A DNA stretch of 64,000 nt from an uncultured Campylobacter sp. (GCA_963518965.1 CAUQMF010000001.1:1141-65140), one strand, 5' to 3'. Counted from the first letter of the stretch, positions 1-11,026 are shown. Numbers and translations are program-made. The notes: a model not told the origin generated them from the sequence alone.

Positions 1-102
1 TCAAATCCGCCTTTTATGCCTGCGCCAAAGCTATGCGGCAAGAGATTTTGTTTATTTTGGCTTTAAATTTCATGCGCTACCAAGACGCTTTGCGGGCTAA
101 AT

Positions 103-993
103 TTATCTTTTTTTGACTACTATTATCCCGCTAAAAATAACCAAAAATATCCCGAAAAACGCTGCCGCGTTAGGCAACGCATCGCCCATAGCGGTACCGA
201 TGGCGATAGTGAAAATAACGTCGGCGTAACCGACCGTAGCTATGACGCCCGCTTTTTTACCCGCTGCGTAGGCCTTCGTCATAAACACCTGAAAATAAAG
301 TCCCGCAACGCCCATCAGCAAGATAAACACCCACTCTATGCCGCTTGGCGCGACGAATTTAGAAAACAAAAAATCAAAGTCCGCAAAGCTAACAAACTCC
401 GCCGCGCCCATAAAAATAAGCGGCAAAATAGAGCCGAAAAACATAAAGGAAAGCACGATCGTGCGCGTGTCGTAACTCTTTTTTAGCTCCTTTACGCTCG
501 TATACGCCATAGCCGCTCCAAGACCACTCCAGATGCCCAGTAGATCGGTTTTGCTGATACCTAAACTCGGCTGCACTATAAAAAGTATGCCGCCAAAGCC
601 TAAAAAAACCGCAAACCAGCCGCGAGAGCCGAGTTTTTCGCCGAAAAATATCGTAGCCAAAACTGCCGTAAATATCGGACTGGTTTTTGAAAAAGTAAAC
701 GCCGCGCCTAAATTTATATGAGCGATATTATAAAAAAAAGCAAATAGCGCAAGCGTACCGACTACGCCGCGAAATACGAGCAGCCATGGATGTCCGCCTT
801 TTTGATGAAGCGGTTTTTTGTAGATGGCGTAGCAGATGATGAGCAGGCCTATGAAATTTCTAAAAAATACGATCTCGATTGAAGGCAGATACGCACCTAA
901 AGCCTTTGCAAACGCTCCGGTAACCGAGAAAAACAGGCAAGCTACCAGCATATAATAAACGCCTAAATGGCGCATCAAAAATCTATGAATCAT
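103..993 (-). CDS. EamA/DMT-family permease (drug/metabolite transporter)
   Basis: 296-aa polytopic membrane ORF with two similar hydrophobic halves and Gly/Ala-rich helices, typical of EamA (RhaT) proteins. Confidence 0.75.
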   Translation of the reverse strand: MIHRFLMRHLGVYYMLVACLFFSVTGAFAKALGAYLPSIEIVFFRNFIGLLIICYAIYKKPLHQKGGHPWLLVFRGVVGTLALFAFFYNIAHINLGAAFTFSKTSPIFTAVLATIFFGEKLGSRGWFAVFLGFGGILFIVQPSLGISKTDLLGIWSGLGAAMAYTSVKELKKSYDTRTIVLSFMFFGSILPLIFMGAAEFVSFADFDFLFSKFVAPSGIEWVFILLMGVAGLYFQVFMTKAYAAGKKAGVIATVGYADVIFTIAIGTAMGDALPNAAAFFGIFLVIFSGIIVVKKR

Positions 994-1143
994 AAATTTA
1001 ACTTCTCTTTTTTAAAAAATCGGCTTTTATTGTAGTGCAAAACGGCTTAAATTTATAAACAATGTAAGCAAAAAATTTGTATAATTGGGATTTAACGCGG
1101 CGAACTTCGCCGTAAATATAACGGGATTTTTAAGGGAAAATTT

Positions 1144-2547
1144 TTGCAAAAGATAATTTTAGTCGGCAAGCCAAACGTCGGCAAAAGCTCGCTTTTTAAC
1201 CGCCTAGCCGGCAGACGAATAGCCATCACCAGCGACGTTAGCGGTACGACGCGAGATACGAACAAAACAATCATAGAAATTTACGACAGAAGCTGCGTTT
1301 TGATCGACAGCGGCGGCCTTGACGACAGTAGCGAGCTCTTTAAAAACGTCAAGGCAAAAACCCTAGCCGAAGCTAGAAGCTCGGACGCGATCATCTTTAT
1401 GGTCGACGGCAAAATGATGCCTAGCGACGAGGACAAGGCCCTATACTACGCGCTTTTAAAGCTAAATTTACCGACCGCGCTCGTAATCAACAAGGTAGAT
1501 AGCAAAAAAGACGAGCTGCGAAGCTACGAGTTTGCAAATTTCGGCGCGAAAACGAGCTTTGCTATCTCAGTTAGCCACAACGCCGGCATCGACGAGCTAG
1601 CAGACTGGATCTATAAGCAGCTAAAAGACGAGATCAGGCCTGACGCAGGCGAGGATCTAGACGAGTTTTTGGAAAATTTCGGCGACGACGGCGAGGTGGT
1701 TAGGGAGATATCGGCTCGCGAGGACTATGAACGCAAAAATATCCAAGTGGGCATCATCGGACGCGTAAACGTCGGCAAAAGCTCGCTGCTAAACGCGCTA
1801 GTAAAAGAATCTCGCGCTGTCGTGAGCGACGTAGCCGGCACGACGATAGACCCGGTAAACGAGACTTTCGTCTATGAGGATAGGATTTTTGAGTTCGTAG
1901 ATACCGCAGGCATCAGAAAACGCGGCAAAATAGAAGGCATCGAAAGATACGCGCTAAACCGCACCGAGTCTGCGCTCGAGCTCGCCGACATCGCGCTTTT
2001 GGTGCTTGATAGCTCCGAACCGCTAACCGAGCTTGACGAGCGTATAGCAGGCCTTGCGGCTAAATTTGAGCTCGGCGTCATCATCGTGCTAAACAAATGG
2101 GACAAAAGCGAGGAAGATTTTGATAAATTTAGCCGCGAGATCAGGGATAAATTTAAATTTCTCGCCTACGCGCCGATCATCAGCGTTTCGGCTCTAGGCG
2201 GCAAAAGAGTGCATAAAATTTACCCGCTGATTTTAGAAGTTTACAAAAACTACACGCAAAAAATCCAAACCGCAAGGCTAAACGAAGCTATCGAAGAGGC
2301 GGTAAAAGCGCATCCTATACCGCGCGAAAAGGGAAAAAGCGTGAAAATTTACTACGCGGTGCAGTTTGGTTTCGCACCGCCGAAAATCGCGCTCGTGATG
2401 AACCGTCCGCGCGCCCTGCACTTTAGCTACAAACGCTACCTAACGAACAAGCTACGCGAGAAATTCGAGCTATCAGGCACTCCAATCGTGCTGATCCCGA
2501 AAAATCGCAGCGGCTCGGACGAGGAAAACGAGGGAAAAAGTGAGTAA
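1144..2547 (+). CDS. der: ribosome-associated GTPase Der (EngA)
   Basis: Two tandem GTPase domains with P-loops GKPNVGKSS and [12 protein letters not shown] start preceded by AAGGGA. der-aroK-trpS-serS order matches C. jejuni Cj0386-Cj0389. Confidence 0.95.
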   Translation: MQKIILVGKPNVGKSSLFNRLAGRRIAITSDVSGTTRDTNKTIIEIYDRSCVLIDSGGLDDSSELFKNVKAKTLAEARSSDAIIFMVDGKMMPSDEDKALYYALLKLNLPTALVINKVDSKKDELRSYEFANFGAKTSFAISVSHNAGIDELADWIYKQLKDEIRPDAGEDLDEFLENFGDDGEVVREISAREDYERKNIQVGIIGRVNVGKSSLLNALVKESRAVVSDVAGTTIDPVNETFVYEDRIFEFVDTAGIRKRGKIEGIERYALNRTESALELADIALLVLDSSEPLTELDERIAGLAAKFELGVIIVLNKWDKSEEDFDKFSREIRDKFKFLAYAPIISVSALGGKRVHKIYPLILEVYKNYTQKIQTARLNEAIEEAVKAHPIPREKGKSVKIYYAVQFGFAPPKIALVMNRPRALHFSYKRYLTNKLREKFELSGTPIVLIPKNRSGSDEENEGKSE

Positions 2548-3058
2548 AAATTTAGTTTTCATCGGCTTTATGGGTGTTGGCAAAGGCACGGTAGCAAGGT
2601 ATATCGCGAAAAAAACGGGCAAGCTGTTTTTAGACACCGACGAGCTGATCGAAAGCGAGCAAAATTTAAAAGTCCGAGAAATTTTCGAGACTAAGGGCGA
2701 GGAGTATTTTAGAAAATGCGAGGCAAAACTCGCTAAAAAGCTTGCCAAAAACGTAAAATCTTCGGTGATCGCGGCGGGCGGCGGCTTTGCAAAGGTTAAA
2801 GGCCTTAAAAAAATCGGCAAAATCATCTATCTAAAATCGAGTTTCGAGGCGATTTTAAAGCGGATAGACGAGAGCGGCGAAGCACAGATGCACTACACCA
2901 AGCGCCCGCTTTTGCGCGATCTAAACGCGGCTAAAAAGCTTTTTAACGAGAGAAAAAAGATGTATAAAAACGTCGCCGATCTCATAATCGACGTCGAAGG
3001 CAAGGAGCTGGAGCAAGTCGCGAAAGAGATTTTAGAAAAAATAAAAAGGATTAAGTAA
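2540..3058 (+). CDS. aroK: shikimate kinase
   Basis: 172 aa, P-loop [12 protein letters not shown] start after GAGGGAAAAA overlaps the der stop. Confidence 0.9.
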   Translation: MSKNLVFIGFMGVGKGTVARYIAKKTGKLFLDTDELIESEQNLKVREIFETKGEEYFRKCEAKLAKKLAKNVKSSVIAAGGGFAKVKGLKKIGKIIYLKSSFEAILKRIDESGEAQMHYTKRPLLRDLNAAKKLFNERKKMYKNVADLIIDVEGKELEQVAKEILEKIKRIK

Positions 3059-3235
3059 AATTTAGGTTGAAATTTGAGCGGTAAACGTCAAATCTTAAGC
3101 GATCTAAAATTTAAGTTCAAATTTGATGGATTTCAAAAGTTTAATGCAACAAAAATAAGCGGCAATATTGTCAAATAGCCGTGCAAATTTTATAAAAACA
3201 AAAATAAGGCGCGATATTTTTTCGCTAGACGCGGC

Positions 3236-3296
3236 AGATTTTGCTTTGCGAATGAGGCGCACTTGTCGTGCGTCGCAGTGAAGCGAAGCAAAATCT
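3236..3296 (+). other. structured element upstream of trpS (11-bp stem enclosing a second small hairpin)
   Basis: AGATTTTGCTT (3236-3246) pairs with AAGCAAAATCT (3286-3296). Inner CGCAC-TTGTC-GTGCG hairpin. Lies 45 nt upstream of the trpS start. Confidence 0.4.
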
Positions 3297-3340
3297 AACA
3301 AAGTAAAGCGGAAAAAGATAAGCCGCAAAAAGGATAAAAT

Positions 3341-4306
3341 TTGAGAGTACTAACAGGTTTGCAACCAAGCGGCAAACTACACCTAGGCAACTACTTCGCC
3401 TCGATCAAACAAATGGTTGAGGCGCAAGGGCAAAGCGAGATGTTTATGTTTATCGCAAACTACCACGCCATGACCTCGGTCGCCGACGCGGGGAAGCTAA
3501 AACAAAACACCTATGAGGCCGCAAGCGCGTTTTTGTCGCTAGGTATCGATCCGCAAAAGAGCGTATTTTGGGTGCAAAGCGACGTAAAAGAGGTTTTAGA
3601 GCTCTACTGGATACTGAGCCAATACACGCCTATGGGCCTGCTCGAGCGCGCACACAGCTACAAGGACAAGGTCGCAAAGGGCTTAACCTCGCATCACGGG
3701 CTTTTTAGCTACCCGGTTTTGATGGCGGCCGATATCCTGCTATACGGCGCGCAGGTCGTGCCCGTGGGCAAGGATCAGATCCAGCACGTCGAGATCGCGC
3801 GCGATATCGCGATCAAATTTAACAACGAGCACGGCGATATCTTCGTTCTGCCGGAGTACAAGGTCGATGAAAACGTCGCAACCGTACCCGGCACAGACGG
3901 CGCGAAAATGAGCAAAAGCTACGGCAATACGATAGATATTTTCGCCGGCGCCAAAGAGCTAAAAAAGCAAATTTCAAGCATCGTGACGACCTCGGAGCCG
4001 CTTGAATCGCCTAAGCAGTGGCAAAACTGTAATGTCTATAATATCGCTAAATTATTCCTGGACGAGGACGGACAAAAAGCGCTACAAGCGCGGTACGAGC
4101 GCGGCGGCGAAGGACACGGACACTTTAAGGCGTATCTAAACGAGCTGGTTTGGGACTATTTTGCGGACGCGAGAGGCAAATTTGATTATTATCTAAATCA
4201 CGCGGGCGAAGTGGATGAAATTTTAAACGAAGGCGCGAAAAAAGCGCGAGCCGTCGCAGCGCCGATAATGGAAAAAATACGCGCCGCAACAGGCATATAC
4301 AAATAA
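3341..4306 (+). CDS. trpS: tryptophan--tRNA ligase
   Basis: Class I aaRS signatures GKLHLGNY (HIGH-type) and KMSKS. 321 aa. TTG start after AAAGGA. Confidence 0.95.
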   Translation: MRVLTGLQPSGKLHLGNYFASIKQMVEAQGQSEMFMFIANYHAMTSVADAGKLKQNTYEAASAFLSLGIDPQKSVFWVQSDVKEVLELYWILSQYTPMGLLERAHSYKDKVAKGLTSHHGLFSYPVLMAADILLYGAQVVPVGKDQIQHVEIARDIAIKFNNEHGDIFVLPEYKVDENVATVPGTDGAKMSKSYGNTIDIFAGAKELKKQISSIVTTSEPLESPKQWQNCNVYNIAKLFLDEDGQKALQARYERGGEGHGHFKAYLNELVWDYFADARGKFDYYLNHAGEVDEILNEGAKKARAVAAPIMEKIRAATGIYK

Positions 4307-4322
4307 ATTTTAAAGGAAAAAA

Positions 4323-4763
4323 ATGCAAGCAATCTACCCTTACGCGCAGCTTATTCACCTAATCTGCGCTATCATTTTCGTCGGATTTTTATTTTTCGAC
4401 GTGATTATTTTTTCAAGAGCCAAGGCCAAACTGCCCGCGGAAATAGCGCAAAAAGCGCAGCAAGCCATCTCAAGCGTCGCGATAAAAATCATGCCGCTTT
4501 GCGTGCTGATTTTGATTTTAACGGGCGGAATGATGATGAGTAGCTGGGTCGGCTCAAAAGCGGGCGGATATTTCGCGTCAAATTTACAAACCGCCTTGAT
4601 GATAAAGGTTATTTTGGCGATGCTGATATTTGCGGCCGTAGCGACCAATCTCACGTGCAAATTTATACTAAAACGCCCTAGCCCGCTAGGCAACATCCAC
4701 CCGTTTGCGTTTGCGGCTGCGGCGATCATCGTGATACTTGCTAAAGTTATGTTTATGGTTTAA
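4323..4763 (+). CDS. small integral membrane protein, four predicted TM helices, unknown function
   Basis: 146-aa hydrophobic ORF with AAAGGAAAAAA SD, packed tightly between trpS and serS. Confidence 0.6.
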   Translation: MQAIYPYAQLIHLICAIIFVGFLFFDVIIFSRAKAKLPAEIAQKAQQAISSVAIKIMPLCVLILILTGGMMMSSWVGSKAGGYFASNLQTALMIKVILAMLIFAAVATNLTCKFILKRPSPLGNIHPFAFAAAAIIVILAKVMFMV

Positions 4764-4772
4764 GGAGAGGAC

Positions 4773-6017
4773 ATGATAAATTTAAAACTACTAGACACTC
4801 GCTACGACGAGTTCGTAAAAAAACTACAAGGCAAAAACGTAAAGCCCGAGGTTTTAAACGAGCTTTTGACGACGTTTAACGAGCTAAAAGCCAAGCGTCA
4901 AGCGCTAGAAAATTTCCAAGCGATCCAAAACGCTAAGAGCAAAGAGCTAGGCATAAAGGCTAGAAACGGCGAGAACACCGACGAGCTAAAAAACGAGCTA
5001 AATTTAAACAAAGCAGCGATGGGAGATGCCGCAGAAATCGTGCGCGCATACGAGGAAAAGCTCGAAAACATCGCAAGCTGCGTGCCTAATATCACCGACG
5101 ACGACGTGCCATTTGGTAAGGACGAGGACGATAACATCTGCGTAAAAACGGTACTAGAGCCGACCAAATTTGACTTCACGCCAAAGGAGCACTGGGAGCT
5201 TGGAGAGAGCTTAGGCTGGCTTGATTTCGAGCGCGGCGTTAAGCTCTCTGGCTCGCGCTTTTGCGTGCTAAAGGGCATGGGAGCGCGCCTATCAAGAGCT
5301 CTAGTTAACTACATGATCGACTTTAACAACGCGCGCGGCTTTGAGCTGGTTAACGTGCCGTTTTTGGTTAGCTCAAATACGCTCTACGGCACAGGACAAC
5401 TGCCTAAATTTGAAGAAGATCTCTATAAAGTGCGCGACGAGGATTTGTATCTGATACCCACTAGCGAAGTACCGGTGACGAATCTTTACAACGATGAAAT
5501 TTTGCCCGTAGAGAGCTTGCCGATAAAGATGACTTGCTACTCGGCGTGCTTCCGCAAAGAAGCAGGCTCCGCCGGACGCGATACGCGCGGCATGATACGC
5601 CAACATCAGTTTGAAAAGGTCGAGCTGGTATCCATCACGACTCCAGAGCTTAGCGCAGCGATGCTAGACGAGATGGTAGCGTGCGCTAGCGACTTGCTAA
5701 CTAGCCTTGGGCTGCCGCACCGCCACATGCTGCTTTGCAGCGGAGATCTGGGCTTTAGCGCGGCAAAGACGATAGACCTCGAGGTCTGGCTACCGGGACA
5801 AAACAAATACCGCGAGATAAGCTCGGTATCAAACACGCGCGATTTCCAAGCGCGCAGGGCTAAAATTCGCTACAAAGACGGCAAGAAAAACGCTCTGGTA
5901 AACACCCTAAACGGCTCAAGCCTAGCCGTAGGCAGGACGCTAATAGCGATAATGGAAAACTACCAAAAAGCAGACGGCAGCATCGAGATCCCCGAAGTTC
6001 TTAAAAGGTATATGTAG
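4773..6017 (+). CDS. serS: serine--tRNA ligase
   Basis: 414 aa. N-terminal coiled-coil arm and class II core ([30 protein letters not shown]). Confidence 0.95.
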   Translation: MINLKLLDTRYDEFVKKLQGKNVKPEVLNELLTTFNELKAKRQALENFQAIQNAKSKELGIKARNGENTDELKNELNLNKAAMGDAAEIVRAYEEKLENIASCVPNITDDDVPFGKDEDDNICVKTVLEPTKFDFTPKEHWELGESLGWLDFERGVKLSGSRFCVLKGMGARLSRALVNYMIDFNNARGFELVNVPFLVSSNTLYGTGQLPKFEEDLYKVRDEDLYLIPTSEVPVTNLYNDEILPVESLPIKMTCYSACFRKEAGSAGRDTRGMIRQHQFEKVELVSITTPELSAAMLDEMVACASDLLTSLGLPHRHMLLCSGDLGFSAAKTIDLEVWLPGQNKYREISSVSNTRDFQARRAKIRYKDGKKNALVNTLNGSSLAVGRTLIAIMENYQKADGSIEIPEVLKRYM

Positions 6018-8410
6018 TGGCGCAAAACGACGACGAAAACGTAGTAATCCTTGAAGATATAGACGAAGAGCAAAGTCCCGAGACAAGCTCCTTAGACGAA
6101 CCGGATAATAGCCAAGAAGAAGGCCTTGTCTCGCTTGACGAGCTAGAACCCGTCGTCCAAGAAGAGCCGCCGCAAGAGGCGCAAGAAGAGACTAAAAAAA
6201 GTAAGAAAAAGCTTTTTATCATCGGCGGGGCGGTAGGTGCGTTCGTCATCGTCCTAGCCGTAGTTTTGTTTTTCGTTTTTAGAGGCGAGAAAAAGCCGCC
6301 GATAGACGAAAAACAGATCGTAAAAGATATCGAGGAGCGCTACGAGTCGCAAAAATTCGGCAGCTCAAAGATCGACGACATGATCGCTAAGGCAAATTTA
6401 CTCTACGAAAAGGGCAATAAATTTGAAGCACTGAAAATCTACGAAAACATCGCCGTCTACAACCAAAGCCTCTCAAACTACAATCTAGGCGTCTCGCAGA
6501 TGAGGCAAGGTAAATTTGAAGACGCGCTAGAGAGCTTTAAAAAAGCGATCGCAAACGACGAAAACGTCGCCGTTAGCGCCATAAACGCCGCGGTTAGCTC
6601 GCTGGAGCTAAAAAACGAGCAAAATTTTAACTATTATATAAATCTCGCTAATTCGTTTTTGTACAAGGAAGCAGACTCTCCGCTATACAACTACTACTAC
6701 GCGCTAATAAACTACTACAAAGGTCAATACGTCGAAGCTCTAGCGGCTCTCTCGCACGCCGAAAACGGATACTATAAAGACCGCTACGACTACCTCGCGG
6801 CTAAAATTTTAAGCTTTATCGGCGACGATGTCGAAGCGATAAAAAAGCTAGAAGCGCAAAAAGAATTTGACGCAGACCTGGCGCTTGGCATGCTTTACGC
6901 AAGACTCGGGCAGTATGAAAAGGCCAGAAATAGGCTAAATTTAGCACTCAACAAGGGCGGCGACTCAAATAAAATTAACTCAATGATAGCCATCATAAAC
7001 CTAAAAGACGGCAAATTTGAGGCCGCAACAAACGAAGTAAAGGCCGTATTTCACGAGGATCCGCTGTTTTTAAACGCAAATTTCCCTATAAAAACGATAC
7101 TAAAACCCGAGCTTTTTGACGTAAATTTGGCTCAAGCGCACTTTAGAAACGACCTGTTTTTTGATAAAACCAAGCGCTACGAGACGCTGTTTTACTTCGC
7201 GCCTTATAAGGTTTTTGACCCGAATCAAACGATAAACTACATAAGAAAAGGCGGAGTGAGCCTATTTTTAGACGATGCAAGCGCAGCGGGCAACTACCTA
7301 AACGCTAGCGGCGCGCTCTCAAAGGTAAATTTAGAGCTATCATCCGCCATCGCAAACGCCCTAAACTACAAGCTAAAGCAGGCCAACGCGCAGTTTGCTT
7401 CGCTCATCTCGCTCTATCCCGAACACTCGGTTTTACACTACGACCTAGCTCTTAGCTATGCACAGCTTGGCAACTTTAGCATGGCGGCAAAGCACTTTAT
7501 CATGAGCTATCACCTAGACCCGACAAATCACCTAGCGGGCGTACTGGGCGCTATCGCAAACGATATAAACGCAGTGGATAATACCAAACTACTACAAGAA
7601 ATTTCAGAAAATCTCGACCACGACGCGAGCTCGAAAGACGCGCCCGTTAGCCAGGCTCTGATGGCGCTCATAGCAAATAATAGCGGCGCTTTAATGCGCT
7701 GGCTGGAGGAAGAAAAGGAAGAGACCGCGCTAAATTTGGCCTTTGACGCGATAATCGCAAAAATGACCGACAAGGGCGCAGAGTTTGCTAAAAAGACGCA
7801 AATTTTAAAGGCTAAGCTACCTGAAGATATCGTAGCGAACATCCTTGATTTTATCGCAAACTACAAGGATGAAGGCATCAAAAAATATGTCGAGCAGATT
7901 CAAATTTACTTCCACGACAAACGGCTAAACGACGCGGCGTTTTATCACGGCGCAAACATCATCAAAGAGCAATACATCAAGCTTTTGCAAATCTCGGGCC
8001 TACTAAACTACGAACGCCAGAAGCTAAAAGCGCTACTAAAACAAGACGCTAATAACGCCGACTTGCTCCAGACGCTAGCTTATATCGACATTTTCACTAA
8101 TGATTTTGAGGAGAGCTATCAGATCTACAACCGCATAATCGACGAGTTTAAGATAAACGACGCGGGCACGCTGTTTTTAGCAGCCGTGGCTGCCATCGGC
8201 TCAAACCACCCGCAAAACGCAACCGCGCTTTTAGAGCTATCTAAGCTCACCGATCCAAACGCGATGGAAAGCCGCGTAGCGCTCGGGTACCTATACCAAG
8301 AGATCGATAATATCGAAGCCGCAACGATACAATACGGGCTGATAAAAGATCCGAATTTTAAAAGCAAATTCGTTGATTTTACGATTGATTACGAGAAGCT
8401 GAAAAAGTAG
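6017..8410 (+). CDS. pflB: TPR-repeat inner-membrane protein, PflB-like flagellar motor scaffold
   Basis: 797 aa with acidic N-terminus, one TM (FIIGGAVGAFVIVLAVVLFFVF) and a long TPR-like periplasmic region. Sits directly after serS, as Cj0390 (PflB) does in C. jejuni. GTG start overlaps the serS stop by 1 nt. Confidence 0.6.
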   Translation: MAQNDDENVVILEDIDEEQSPETSSLDEPDNSQEEGLVSLDELEPVVQEEPPQEAQEETKKSKKKLFIIGGAVGAFVIVLAVVLFFVFRGEKKPPIDEKQIVKDIEERYESQKFGSSKIDDMIAKANLLYEKGNKFEALKIYENIAVYNQSLSNYNLGVSQMRQGKFEDALESFKKAIANDENVAVSAINAAVSSLELKNEQNFNYYINLANSFLYKEADSPLYNYYYALINYYKGQYVEALAALSHAENGYYKDRYDYLAAKILSFIGDDVEAIKKLEAQKEFDADLALGMLYARLGQYEKARNRLNLALNKGGDSNKINSMIAIINLKDGKFEAATNEVKAVFHEDPLFLNANFPIKTILKPELFDVNLAQAHFRNDLFFDKTKRYETLFYFAPYKVFDPNQTINYIRKGGVSLFLDDASAAGNYLNASGALSKVNLELSSAIANALNYKLKQANAQFASLISLYPEHSVLHYDLALSYAQLGNFSMAAKHFIMSYHLDPTNHLAGVLGAIANDINAVDNTKLLQEISENLDHDASSKDAPVSQALMALIANNSGALMRWLEEEKEETALNLAFDAIIAKMTDKGAEFAKKTQILKAKLPEDIVANILDFIANYKDEGIKKYVEQIQIYFHDKRLNDAAFYHGANIIKEQYIKLLQISGLLNYERQKLKALLKQDANNADLLQTLAYIDIFTNDFEESYQIYNRIIDEFKINDAGTLFLAAVAAIGSNHPQNATALLELSKLTDPNAMESRVALGYLYQEIDNIEAATIQYGLIKDPNFKSKFVDFTIDYEKLKK

Positions 8411-8590
8411 TTTTATGTGGGCGATATGGCGATAAATTCGTCGCAAAGTCGCCCAAATAATTTTTATCGGCTTTGTCAAATCTGACGAGAAACAAAAATA
8501 ACTCGCCTCGTCAAATTTGCTCGACCTGCTCCGCTTTAAACCGCCGCAAATTTACAAAAGCACAGCACTAAGCCGCGCCCAGGTCAAATT

Positions 8591-9289
8591 TTACTTATCC
8601 TCAAGCACCTTTTCGCGCCACTTCGAGTTTGATTTTTTATCCATCGCCATATCTTTAGACATCTCGGCCGCAGCCTCAAAGTTTTTCTGCACGCCTTCGC
8701 TATTATTTTGATATTTAACGGCATTTGAACGCTGTATGCCGATGCTCTCGGCCTCGCTAGCCGCATCGATATTCGCTCCCAAAAATATAAACTCCCAGTC
8801 GTATTTTTCCTGCTTATCGCTTATCATTTTTTTGATCTGCGCCTTTGAGTACTCCTTGCTCGAGTTTTCTTGACCGTCGGTGATGATGACGAAAAGCACG
8901 GCCCTGTTTTTAGCGTAGATATCCTCGACTTTTGAGATTTTATTTATCGTTTCGCCGACTGCGTCTAGCAGCGCGGTATTGCCGCTAGCGACATAGTCCT
9001 TGCTCGTTAGCTTCTCGACCTTTTTGATATCGGCTCTATCGTGCAGGGTCTTAAAATGCGTATCAAAAAGCACCGTAGTTACCTTTGCGTCCACGCCGGC
9101 TTCTTTTTGTTTGTCGATCATGGAGTTAAAGCCGCCGATCGTATCACTCTCAAGCCCGCTCATAGAGCCTGATTTATCTAAGATAAGCACCATCTCAAGC
9201 TGTTTTGGTTCTGATTTTTGCGGCGCTTCCTCGCTTTTAGCAAACGCAAACGCCCCGATAATCATCAACAAAAACGCGATTTTTTTCAT
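8591..9289 (-). CDS. secreted von Willebrand factor A (vWA) domain protein
   Basis: MIDAS motif DKSGSMSG. Signal peptide MKKIAFLLMIIGAFAFA begins at the internal ATG 9289, which has an AAGGAGAAAA SD, so the start is trimmed from the 9403 track start. Confidence 0.75.
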   Translation of the reverse strand: MKKIAFLLMIIGAFAFAKSEEAPQKSEPKQLEMVLILDKSGSMSGLESDTIGGFNSMIDKQKEAGVDAKVTTVLFDTHFKTLHDRADIKKVEKLTSKDYVASGNTALLDAVGETINKISKVEDIYAKNRAVLFVIITDGQENSSKEYSKAQIKKMISDKQEKYDWEFIFLGANIDAASEAESIGIQRSNAVKYQNNSEGVQKNFEAAAEMSKDMAMDKKSNSKWREKVLEDK

Positions 9290-9446
9290 ATTTTCTCCTT
9301 TGAAAAATTTGGCTTGATTATAGCAAATTTTAAAGGCGTGACGGTAAATGCGAGGGAGCTTAAATTTGAGTTTTGTATTTTTGTTTACCCAAAACCCGGT
9401 CAAATTTACTTCAAAATTTACGGCCGAATTTAAAGGCTAAATTTAG

Positions 9447-9478
9447 AAATTTAAGGCCCGAATCCGAGCCTTAAATTT
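9447..9478 (-). terminator. putative terminator hairpin downstream of leuA
   Basis: Perfect 11-bp inverted repeat AAATTTAAGGC (9447-9457) / GCCTTAAATTT (9468-9478) with a 10-nt loop, 30 nt after the leuA stop. The stem is AT-rich and there is no clean U-tail. Confidence 0.35.
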
Positions 9479-9508
9479 GCCAAGCGGCGCGGTCAAACCG
9501 CTCAAATT

Positions 9509-11026
9509 TTACTTTGTAGCGGTGATTTTTACGTAGCTGTTTAGCGCGCCTACGTACGCTTTGGCGCTCGCCGTCATCGTATCGATATCAAGGCCGTGTC
9601 CGATGACGGTTTTGCCGTCAAATTCGACCTTCACTACTACGTTTGCCAGCGCGTCCTTGCCTTGCGAAACGGCGTTTACCTTATAGTCTTTTAGTACGCC
9701 GTTTATGCCGCTTAGACGGTCGATGACTTTAAATATGGCATCCGCCGTACCGTTGCCAAGCGCCGCATCGCTCTTGATCTCGTCTGCGTGACGAAGCGTG
9801 ATAGCAGCGCTGCTTAGGCCTTTGTTGCAGCTGCTTTGCGTTAACGTCAAAAACTCGAAAACTTCGGGGATCTTGATGATCTCGCTAGTTACCAGCGCGC
9901 GCAAATCGTCGTCAAAGATCTCTTTTTTCTTATCCGCTAGCGCCTTAAATTTCTCAAACGCCTCGTTTAGCGCGCTATCTTCTAGCTCAAAGCCAAGGCT
10001 GATTAATTTATCTTTAAAGGCGTGGCGACCCGAGTGCTTGCCTAGTATCAGCGAGTTTTTATCCAGCCCGATGCTCTCGGCGCTGATGATTTCGTAGGTT
10101 TCTTTGTGTTTTAGCACGCCGTCTTGGTGGATGCCGCTTTCATGAGCGAAGGCGTTTTTACCGACGATGGCTTTGTTTGGCTGCGGCTCGATGCCGATGA
10201 TACCAGCTAGCAGGCGCGAACTAGGATAAATTTCTTTATAAACTATGTCCGTGTAAAGCGGCGCAAATACGTCGCTACGCGTCTTTATCGCCATCACGAT
10301 CTCTTCAAGCGCGGCATTTCCGGCACGCTCGCCGATACCGTTTAGCGTACACTCGACCTGCCTGGCGCCCGCTTTTATCGCGGCTAGCGAGTTTGCCGTA
10401 GCTAGGCCTAAGTCGTTGTGATTATGCACGGAGACGACTGCGCGACCATTTATAAATTTAACCATTTCTCCTATGCGAGCGGTAATCTCCTCGGGATATA
10501 GATACCCCACGGTGTCTGGGATGTTGATCGTTTTTGCTCCGGCGTTTATAGCGGCGTCGCAAATTTCTTTTAAAAAGCTCATCTCGCTCCTGCATGCGTC
10601 CTCGCAGCTAAACTCGACGTCCTCGCAGAATGTCTTAGCGTATTCCACGGCTCGCACGGCACGCCTAATCACTTCATCTGGAGACATTTTTAGCTTAAAC
10701 TCCATATGGATCGGGCTTGTGGCGATAAAGGTGTGGATGCGCCTATTTTTTGCCGGAGCGATAGCCTCTCCCGCAGCCTTTATATCGCCGTCTACGGCGC
10801 GGGCGAGCGAACAGATAGAGGCGTTTGAGGCTTGCTTAGCGATCTGATGTATCGCGTCGAAATCGCCCCTGCTAGCCGCGGCAAAACCGACCTCCATGAC
10901 GTCTACGTTTAGGCGCTCTAGCTGGCGCGCGATACGGATTTTCTCCTCGGTATTCATTGATGCGCCGGGGCTTTGCTCGCCGTCGCGAAGCGTAGTGTCA
11001 AATATTATAATTTTATTTTCGTTCAT
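9509..11026 (-). CDS. leuA: 2-isopropylmalate synthase
   Basis: 505 aa. N-terminal TIM-barrel motif [14 protein letters not shown], HxH site ([10 protein letters not shown]), C-terminal LeuA dimerisation/regulatory domain. Confidence 0.95.
   Translation of the reverse strand: MNENKIIIFDTTLRDGEQSPGASMNTEEKIRIARQLERLNVDVMEVGFAAASRGDFDAIHQIAKQASNASICSLARAVDGDIKAAGEAIAPAKNRRIHTFIATSPIHMEFKLKMSPDEVIRRAVRAVEYAKTFCEDVEFSCEDACRSEMSFLKEICDAAINAGAKTINIPDTVGYLYPEEITARIGEMVKFINGRAVVSVHNHNDLGLATANSLAAIKAGARQVECTLNGIGERAGNAALEEIVMAIKTRSDVFAPLYTDIVYKEIYPSSRLLAGIIGIEPQPNKAIVGKNAFAHESGIHQDGVLKHKETYEIISAESIGLDKNSLILGKHSGRHAFKDKLISLGFELEDSALNEAFEKFKALADKKKEIFDDDLRALVTSEIIKIPEVFEFLTLTQSSCNKGLSSAAITLRHADEIKSDAALGNGTADAIFKVIDRLSGINGVLKDYKVNAVSQGKDALANVVVKVEFDGKTVIGHGLDIDTMTASAKAYVGALNSYVKITATK

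Noticed and set aside
1-100. Possible 3' end of a + strand gene (frame 2 is open to a TAA at about 98-100)
   Set aside because: Only about 32 codons are visible (..QIRLLCLRQSYAARDFVYFGFKFHALPRRFAG*), with no recognisable motif. It cannot be supported from this fragment.
3104-3328. 74-aa reverse-strand ORF in the aroK-trpS gap
   Set aside because: It has no SD and odd composition, and it spans the hairpin element. It is more likely non-coding leader or repeat DNA.
3059-3340. T-box or Trp-codon leader upstream of trpS
   Set aside because: I saw no T-box consensus, no specifier-loop architecture and no mini-ORF containing TGG codons. Only a generic nested hairpin is present, and it is reported separately at low interest.
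8517-8766. Small ORFs (64 and 60 aa) around the 3' end of the vWA gene
   Set aside because: They overlap the vWA coding region or the AAATTT-rich intergenic DNA, and they have no SD and no motifs.
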